Positions 1 to 6,406 of a DNA stretch of 24,307 bases are shown piece after piece (the stretch's first letter is position 1; every line of letters starts with the position of its first letter). Source of the DNA: a virus (taxonomy: Duplodnaviria > Caudoviricetes); IMG/VR virus record IMGVR_UViG_3300036815_000036, positions 1 to 24,307 of that record; one strand, 5' to 3'. Made by a program: the position numbers and the translations under genes. The notes beneath the pieces are model-generated. The model saw nothing but the letters and a program-made list of their open reading frames with translations, ran no database searches and was not told the origin of the DNA.

Positions 1-2253
1 GTGAACGGCACCGGCCTGGCGTGGGACTGGGCGCCTGACGAGATCGTCCGCGCCGCGTGGGACGCGCAGCTGCACCCGCGTGGGGTGCACGGCAAGTGGG
101 CGACCAGCGGCGGCAAGCTGCCGTTCTCCCGCACCGGCGGTGTGGCGAACTATCACGGCAGCATGGGCATTGACCGGGCGGACATGCCGCAGCTGTCGGG
201 CCTGGTCAACGGCCAGTACGTCCCGTCGGCGCACATGGTCCCGAAGTTCATGGCGCACCTGCGGGCTAAGGGGATCTCGGTGCACGAGCACCGGGTCCCG
301 GCCGCGTCGCTGAAGCCGACGCAGACCACCGGTGACATCGCGGCGATCCGCAAGATCGCGGACAACCTGAAGTCCGGCGACCTGCCGGACACCAAGCCCA
401 TCACGGTGTCGCAGGACGGCCGGGTGCTGGACGGGCACCACAACTGGGCCGGGCGGGCGCTGGCCGACTCCGAGGGCCACAAGCGGGACATGCGGGTGGT
501 CCGGGTTGGGCTGCCGATGCCGGAACTGCTGAAGGAGGCGCGGGCGTTCGCCAAGCAGGAGGGCATCGCGTCCCGCAAGACCGGGGACATGGCCAACCCC
601 AAGTACGCCACCCGCGCGGCCCTGGCGCTCGTGGACAGCCCACTGGGCGGCGGCGCAGCCCGTCACCCCGGGGACGCTGGTGACCCGGCAGCGGGCCGTG
701 TGACCGTCGCCCGGGGGTTGACGTGGACTGGCGGGGAGATGCTGCTGCGCGGCAAGTGGGACGCTGAGCTTCACCCGCGTGGCCGTCACGGCGAGTTCGA
801 GCATGCCGCCGGGGAGGCGCCTGCCGGGCCAGCCGGGCCGTCGCCGGTGGAAGTCGCCAAGATGGTGACCGACCTTCAGGCGCAGTTCGCCGCCGAGCGG
901 GACAAGATGCGCGCCGACCAGGCCGCCGAGCTTAACCGGGTGACCGCGCAGCTGCGCGCCGAACAGGACCGGATGACCCAGCTGGCCGGGCGCACCGCCG
1001 AGGCCAAGGGCGGCTCGGGTGAGCGGCGCAAGGAAATCGTCCACGCCATCGTGAACATCCTCGCCCTGGTCGCGGTCGGGGCGCTGATTCTGGCGACGGC
1101 GGGTGCGGCGCTGCCGCCGCTGGCCGCAGCGGGCGTGTCGGTGGGGCCGCTGATCGGCGGCGAGGCGCTGCACGTGCTGAGGGGCCGCAAGCCACGTGCG
1201 CCGGGCGGTGCGGCAGCGGCGGTGGGCGCGTCCGTTAAGGCGCAGGCTGCGGAGGAAGCCAAGGCGCAGGAGGCCACGGCCAAGCTGCTGGCGAAGGTCA
1301 CCGGCGCCGACCAGCAGGAGGCGCAGCGGCTGGCGGCGCAGCTGATCGCGGATGCCAAGGCGGCGCGGAAGGTCAGCGAGGGTGTCACGGTGAAGCGGGC
1401 CGCGTGGGACCCGGGCCTGCATCCGCGTGACCCGCACGGCGAGTTCGCCCGTGAGGCAGGCACGGGCGTGGCCAGTGTGGCGGCAGCCGCGACGGGGGCG
1501 GTTAAGCCGCTGGGCGGCCTGGTCGCGGACTCCGCCGGGGCCGACTCGGTGGCCAAGTACATGAACCCGGACGGCACGTGGAACGCGCAGCGGGCGGCGC
1601 TGCACCAGAAGATCGTCAACGAAACCCTGGCTGGGGTGACGCCCAAGGGCTCACCGGTGGCGACGTTCCTCGGCGGCGGGTCCGCAGCGGGGAAGTCCAC
1701 CGTCCTGGCCGGGCAGTCGGCTGATACGGCGCACATCGACGCGGATGCGATCAAGGCGAAGCTGCCCGACTATCACGAGAAGCTGGCCGCCGGAGACAAG
1801 GGCGCCGCCGCGTACGTGCACGAGGAGTCGTCGTACCTGGCCAAGGCCATCGCGGCCGAGGCTGCGAAGCGGAAGATGGACTACCTGGTGGACGGCACCG
1901 GCGACGGCAGCATCAACTCGATGCGGAAAAAGATCAAGCAGGCCAAGGCGGCCGGCCATAAGACGGTCGGCAAGTATGTCACGGTGGCCACCGATGAGGC
2001 GGTGCGGCGAGCGCAGGCCCGCGCGGAGAAGACCGGCCGGATGGTGCCGGAGTCGGTGATCCGGCAGATCCACGCCGGGGTGTCGGACGTGTTCCCCAAG
2101 CTGATCGCGGAGGACGCTTACGACGCGGCGGAACTGTGGGACACCGGCGGGGCGAAGCCGCTGCTGGTGGGCCGCAAGCCGGAGGGCGGCAAGTGGAAGG
2201 TCGCGGACCAGGCGGCGTGGGAGCGTTTCCTGGCCAAGGCCCACGAGATCTGA
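1..2253 (+). CDS. Modular phage head-associated protein: 3x WDxxLHPRxxHGx[WF] tag; ParB/Srx-like domain; coiled-coil plus hydrophobic hairpin; C-terminal zeta-toxin-like P-loop kinase (may be 5'-truncated)
   Basis: RADMPQL...LKPTQ...PITVSQDGRVLDGHHNW (ParB/Srx-like). Walker A GGGSAAGKST (1672-1701), DADAIK, HEES, YLVDGT and RAQARAEKTGRMVP (zeta toxin family). Lies just upstream of protease and capsid genes. The GTG start is at the window edge. Confidence 0.8.
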   Translation: MNGTGLAWDWAPDEIVRAAWDAQLHPRGVHGKWATSGGKLPFSRTGGVANYHGSMGIDRADMPQLSGLVNGQYVPSAHMVPKFMAHLRAKGISVHEHRVPAASLKPTQTTGDIAAIRKIADNLKSGDLPDTKPITVSQDGRVLDGHHNWAGRALADSEGHKRDMRVVRVGLPMPELLKEARAFAKQEGIASRKTGDMANPKYATRAALALVDSPLGGGAARHPGDAGDPAAGRVTVARGLTWTGGEMLLRGKWDAELHPRGRHGEFEHAAGEAPAGPAGPSPVEVAKMVTDLQAQFAAERDKMRADQAAELNRVTAQLRAEQDRMTQLAGRTAEAKGGSGERRKEIVHAIVNILALVAVGALILATAGAALPPLAAAGVSVGPLIGGEALHVLRGRKPRAPGGAAAAVGASVKAQAAEEAKAQEATAKLLAKVTGADQQEAQRLAAQLIADAKAARKVSEGVTVKRAAWDPGLHPRDPHGEFAREAGTGVASVAAAATGAVKPLGGLVADSAGADSVAKYMNPDGTWNAQRAALHQKIVNETLAGVTPKGSPVATFLGGGSAAGKSTVLAGQSADTAHIDADAIKAKLPDYHEKLAAGDKGAAAYVHEESSYLAKAIAAEAAKRKMDYLVDGTGDGSINSMRKKIKQAKAAGHKTVGKYVTVATDEAVRRAQARAEKTGRMVPESVIRQIHAGVSDVFPKLIAEDAYDAAELWDTGGAKPLLVGRKPEGGKWKVADQAAWERFLAKAHEI

Positions 2254-2273
2254 TCACTGTCCTGACCTGCGGA

Positions 2274-2293
2274 TACACTAATAGTGCGGGAGG
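2274..2293 (+). promoter_or_regulatory. Putative -10 element (TACACT, 2274-2279) and RBS (GGGAGG, 2288-2293) for the 58-aa ORF
   Basis: TAnnnT hexamer in a locally AT-rich patch (tacactaatagt) followed by a strong SD; no clear -35. Confidence 0.5.
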
Positions 2294-2303
2294 TGTAACC
2301 AGG

Positions 2304-2480
2304 ATGGTGCAAGTAGACGGTGACCAGGTGGTGGCCCTGGAGGTGGCCGCCGCTACCGGTTCGCCGTTCCCCGCGCACCTGGTCCCTGACACCCCGCAGG
2401 CCCGGCAGTTGTTCACCAAGATTCAGCAGGAGATCGCGGCGATGCCCAAGGGCGTGATCGCGGACGTGCCTGACAACTAG
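2304..2480 (+). CDS. 58-aa protein, candidate antitoxin/immunity protein for the zeta-like domain
   Basis: ATG 2304 follows GGGAGG; MVQVDGDQVVALEV...IADVPDN; 3' part of track ORF 2136..2480. Function is inferred from position only. Confidence 0.6.
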   Translation: MVQVDGDQVVALEVAAATGSPFPAHLVPDTPQARQLFTKIQQEIAAMPKGVIADVPDN

Positions 2481-2494
2481 CCTGCCCCTCTGAC

Positions 2495-2524
2495 GCGCCC
2501 CCGTGCCAATAGGCCCGGGGGCGC
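2495..2524 (+). terminator. GC-rich hairpin, possible terminator
   Basis: gcgcccccg (2495-2503) pairs with cgggggcgc (2516-2524); no U-tract. Confidence 0.45.
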
Positions 2525-2551
2525 AGCCATGCCCGGACGCTGGAGGCTGCC

Positions 2552-4276
2552 ATGGGTGAGCGTGATGCGATCAGCCGGGTGGGGCCGCACGGGTACTCCC
2601 ACGGCTGGATCAGGGCCGCCGACGCGGGGGCGCTGCATGGCCGCGTGGTGACCGGCCGCGACAAGCGCGGAACCGAGCACACGGGGCGTTTCGATCACCC
2701 GACGCGGACGGTGATCCCACGGGGGAAAGCGCCGGTGCCCGTCCGGCACGTGCGGCAGATGCGGGTGGCGCCCGGACACCGGGTGGCCGAGCATCACGGC
2801 CCAGGCCCGCACCCGGCGGCGATCGAGGACACTCTGGCGCTGCGCCGCACCGCGCAGACCGCGACCGCTTCCACCGTCCCCGAGCAGATAGGGCGCCCAG
2901 GCGGCCCGGGGCTGTGGAAGCACCAGACGTGGCAGCTGCCGCCGTATATCCAGCACGTGGCCCACGACCTGGAGGAATCAGGTCACCCGGAGTCCGAGGC
3001 GGTCCGTATGGCCGTCGGGATCGTGGAGAACTGGGCCGCCGGCCACGACGGCCACGGCCACCCGGTGCACCCCGACGTGCAGGCCGCCGCAGTGAAGAAC
3101 ATCGCCCAGTGGCGAGCCCTTCAGGCCCGCACACGCCACGGCGCACGCAGATCCGAATTGAGGAGTACGCCCATGAGTGACGCCAGCCGGGCCGCGATGG
3201 CGACCAGTGCGATCAACGACCTGCCCGATGACGCGTTCGCGTACATAAAGCCGGGCGGAACCAAAGACAGCAGCGGCAAGACCGTCCCGAGGGACAACCG
3301 GTTCCTGCCTCTGCACGATGCGGCGCATGTCCGGGACGCTCTGTCGCGGCTGCCGCAGACCGACATTCCCGACGCAGCCAAGGCGCAGGCCCAGACGAAG
3401 ATCGAGGCCGCCGCCAAGAAGTTCGGGATCAAGGTCGCCGACGGCGGCGGCGGCAACGGGTCCTCGGCGTCGCGGGCGCGGGAGCTTGTCCGGTACTACC
3501 CGCTGGAGGAGTGCAAGATCCTGGGCCGCTCCGACGGGGAGCGGTCGGGCCGGGTGGTGGAGGCGTACGCGGCGGTGTGGGACAAGCCCGCCGAGATCCA
3601 CGACCACGAGGGCCACTACCTGGAGGAGATCCAGCGGACCGCGTTCGATGAGGTGCTGCGGCAGATCCACCCGGACCGGAACAACGGCTACTGGCGGGTG
3701 ACGTGCCTGTTCAATCACGGGATGACCGTCCACGGCACGCCGGCGGAACGGTTCAGCCTCCCGGCCGGGGTGACCCGGTACATCGGAGCGGAGGGCCAGG
3801 GCCTGCTGACCCGCACCGAGTACGCGGAGACGCCTCTCGGTGACGAACTGCTGGAACTGGTCAACATCGGCGCGCTGCGGTCGCAGTCGTTCACCGGCGG
3901 CATCGTCCGGTCGAACCCGCCGCTGCGCGGCCCCGGCGACCGGTACCGGCGGCAGCCCGGCGGGGTGCTCCAGCTGGTGCGCCGGATGGTCCTCGGCCTG
4001 CGGGAGTACGGCCTGACGCCGTTCCCCGCCTACTCGGGCGCTGAAGTCCTCGGCGTCCGCATGCAGCTTCCCCCCGGCTATGAGGCCGGCGGGGATGACG
4101 GCGACGCTGACGCCTACACCCCGGACGACTCCGAGGAGGAGTTCGAGGGTGACGGCAGCGGCAGCCCTCCCGTAGAAGGGGACGCGTCGCGGTCCACCGG
4201 AAACCGGCTCTACCGGCTCCGCACGGAGGAGCTTATGGCAAAGGCCGGTATCACACTCCCAAGCCGAGAGGAGTAA
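2552..4276 (+). CDS. HK97-family prohead (capsid maturation) protease with long N-terminal extension
   Basis: VVEAYAAVWD, LFNHG (His), RSQSFTG (Ser), LREYGLTPFPAY; directly upstream of the capsid gene; RBS GGAGG 2542-2546. N-terminal modules GPHGYSHGWI, LPPYIQHVAHDL and DLPDDAFAY...PLHDAAHVRDALSR (DUF6582-like). Confidence 0.88.
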   Translation: MGERDAISRVGPHGYSHGWIRAADAGALHGRVVTGRDKRGTEHTGRFDHPTRTVIPRGKAPVPVRHVRQMRVAPGHRVAEHHGPGPHPAAIEDTLALRRTAQTATASTVPEQIGRPGGPGLWKHQTWQLPPYIQHVAHDLEESGHPESEAVRMAVGIVENWAAGHDGHGHPVHPDVQAAAVKNIAQWRALQARTRHGARRSELRSTPMSDASRAAMATSAINDLPDDAFAYIKPGGTKDSSGKTVPRDNRFLPLHDAAHVRDALSRLPQTDIPDAAKAQAQTKIEAAAKKFGIKVADGGGGNGSSASRARELVRYYPLEECKILGRSDGERSGRVVEAYAAVWDKPAEIHDHEGHYLEEIQRTAFDEVLRQIHPDRNNGYWRVTCLFNHGMTVHGTPAERFSLPAGVTRYIGAEGQGLLTRTEYAETPLGDELLELVNIGALRSQSFTGGIVRSNPPLRGPGDRYRRQPGGVLQLVRRMVLGLREYGLTPFPAYSGAEVLGVRMQLPPGYEAGGDDGDADAYTPDDSEEEFEGDGSGSPPVEGDASRSTGNRLYRLRTEELMAKAGITLPSREE

Positions 4277-4281
4277 TCGGC

Positions 4282-5799
4282 ATGCGTCTCTCTGAGATGC
4301 TGGACCGCCAGCAGGCCATCCGGTCTGAACTGGCTTCCATGGACGCGGACCCCGAGACCACGGAGGAGCAGGACGGGAATATCCGCGACACCCTGATCGA
4401 GGAATACGAGAACCTGGAGGGCCTGAAAAAGCCGATCGTCCAGCGGATGGAGAAGATCCAGCTGATCCGCAAGGGCGCGTCGTCTGACCCGCACGCCACC
4501 GAGGGTGGCAGCGACAACGGCGACGGCAACGGGAACATCCGCCGCTCGGGCGGTTCCCGCTGGGGCGACGGCGTGGCGCCGGAGTTCATGCAGCGCCTGG
4601 ACCCGTTCCAGGATCTGGACCGGGTGCGGGACGGCCTGGTGCGCGGCTCCGACATGGTGGCCCGTGCCATGACCGTGATCGAGTCCCACAACAAGCGCGG
4701 CGTGCTGCCCACCGAACGGGCACAGGAAGCCACCCGCAAGATTGTCTCCGACCCGATGATCGCGCGTCACGCGCTGCTCACCGGGCACGGCGAGTACGTG
4801 GACGCGTTCCGCCTGTACCTCCAGGACCCGATGGGCGAAGGGCTGCGGGCGGCGCAACGGTCACTCACCTTGGGCACGGCATCCGGCGGGTTCCTCTTGC
4901 CGTATGTGCTCGACCCGACGATCGTGTTGACATCAGACGGGTCCACTAACCCCTACCGGGCGATGGCGGAAATCAAGACCACCACGTCCAACGCGTGGCA
5001 GGGTGTCAACTCCGCTGGTGTGCAGATGGGCTGGCTCGATGAAGGCGGCCAGGCCACCGACAACACCCCGGCCACCGGGCAGATCCAGATTTACGCCAAG
5101 AAGGCAGCGGCGTGGGTCATCGGATCGTTTGAAGCCGTGGGTGACACCAACTTCGCGGACCAGCTGCCACGGCTGCTGGCCGACGCGAAGGACATCCTGG
5201 AGGAGACGGCATTCGCCAGGGGCACTGGTGGTGTCGCCAACGCCGGGCAGCCCCGGGGCATCATCACCGCGCTGGGCACCGGCCAGCGGGTCCTGGCCGG
5301 CGGGTCGGGTGTCAACGCGTTCACCGGCACCGCTGGTTCCGGTGGCGCGAACGGCGGCGGCCTGTCTGATGTGATGACGCTGAACGCGGCTCTTGGGCCG
5401 CGCTTCCGCATGTCGCCGTCGGTGGGCTGGGTCATGACGATCCAGAACATCAACCGGGTCCGCTCCATCGACCAGTTTGGTGGCGGCGCGTTCTGGGCCA
5501 ACCTGGGCCAGGGGCAGCCTCCCACGCTGATGGAGAAGCAGATCCGCGAGTCGCCGTCGCTGACCCAGACACCGGGTACCGGCACGGCGCTGGCCGCCGC
5601 AGCTGCGGTGTTCGGCGACTGGAGCAAGTTCTATGTCGTGGACCGGATCGGGTCCACGATGCTGTTCGACCCGCTGCTGAAGGGCGCCGGTACGGCGAAC
5701 ATGCCGACCGGTAACCAGGGCTGGTTCTACTACTGGCGTGTCGGGTCGGACGTGGCGACTCCGAACGCGTTCCGGTGGGCCACTGGCGGCACGGCCTGA
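4282..5799 (+). CDS. Major capsid protein, HK97 fold, with N-terminal delta/scaffold domain
   Basis: Coiled-coil N-terminus, SGGFLLPYVLDPTI, WLDEG, FARGTG...QPRGI, VFGDWSKFYVVDRIG, WRVGSDVATPNAFR; RBS GAGGAG. Confidence 0.95.
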   Translation: MRLSEMLDRQQAIRSELASMDADPETTEEQDGNIRDTLIEEYENLEGLKKPIVQRMEKIQLIRKGASSDPHATEGGSDNGDGNGNIRRSGGSRWGDGVAPEFMQRLDPFQDLDRVRDGLVRGSDMVARAMTVIESHNKRGVLPTERAQEATRKIVSDPMIARHALLTGHGEYVDAFRLYLQDPMGEGLRAAQRSLTLGTASGGFLLPYVLDPTIVLTSDGSTNPYRAMAEIKTTTSNAWQGVNSAGVQMGWLDEGGQATDNTPATGQIQIYAKKAAAWVIGSFEAVGDTNFADQLPRLLADAKDILEETAFARGTGGVANAGQPRGIITALGTGQRVLAGGSGVNAFTGTAGSGGANGGGLSDVMTLNAALGPRFRMSPSVGWVMTIQNINRVRSIDQFGGGAFWANLGQGQPPTLMEKQIRESPSLTQTPGTGTALAAAAAVFGDWSKFYVVDRIGSTMLFDPLLKGAGTANMPTGNQGWFYYWRVGSDVATPNAFRWATGGTA

Positions 5800-5819
5800 C
5801 CGTAGGGCTACCACACAGC

Positions 5820-5864
5820 GGGTGCTGGCCGGGGAGGTGGACTCTGGCTCCCCGGCCAGCACCC
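5820..5864 (+). terminator. Perfect 17-bp inverted repeat after the capsid gene (terminator or mRNA stabiliser)
   Basis: gggtgctggccggggag (5820-5836) pairs with ctccccggccagcaccc (5848-5864); 11-nt loop. Confidence 0.75.
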
Positions 5865-5889
5865 CAGCATTCAACCAGAGGAGGCCGTC

Positions 5890-6084
5890 ATGACGGACCC
5901 GGCCGAGGTGGCGGCAGCGATGCGCGCCGCCGAGTCAGCAGAGGGCGCCCGCGAGACGGCCGCCCATGCGGCTGTGAACGCGGCCCCGCCGCCGCCGCCG
6001 CCGCCGTACGACCCGTATCCGCCGATAGAGGTCACTGTCGTCAACGACCGTCCGTGGCCAAGCCCCGAGGAGGTACCGGACTGA
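5890..6084 (+). CDS. Small Ala/Pro-rich hypothetical protein (Pro7 run)
   Basis: RBS GAGGAGG; TGATG overlap with the next ORF. Confidence 0.7.
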   Translation: MTDPAEVAAAMRAAESAEGARETAAHAAVNAAPPPPPPPYDPYPPIEVTVVNDRPWPSPEEVPD

Positions 6085-6341
6085 TGACAGACAGCCTTGA
6101 CATGGTGGGCACCGAGACCACCCCGCACGCGTCGCACCTGATGGACATGGCGCAGACCGACCGGGCCGCGCACGACCAGCACGGCCTTGACGCGGTGGCC
6201 GCCGACCCGCCTGGCACGGGTGCCAGCGGGTTCGTGGACTGCCCCACAACCGACACCCCGGACCCGCTGGGGTTCATCGACGTGGACATGTCCGGCGACC
6301 CGGAGGCCAACCGCCCCGGCTACCAGACCATGGGCCAGTAG
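6084..6341 (+). CDS. 85-aa acidic hypothetical protein
   Basis: ATG overlaps the previous stop (TGATG); upstream GAGGAGG; MTDSLDMVGTETTPH...; 3' part of track ORF 5775..6341. Confidence 0.65.
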   Translation: MTDSLDMVGTETTPHASHLMDMAQTDRAAHDQHGLDAVAADPPGTGASGFVDCPTTDTPDPLGFIDVDMSGDPEANRPGYQTMGQ

Positions 6342-6406
6342 AGCCCGCATCCGACGTTCACCGGCCCGCATCCCGCGCGGGCCGTTCGCATGAGAGGACC
6401 CCGGCC

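Noticed and set aside
150-620. Plasmid/prophage partition system
   Set aside because: No ParA or parS array; the ParB-like domain is embedded in a head-module polyprotein without a visible HTH.
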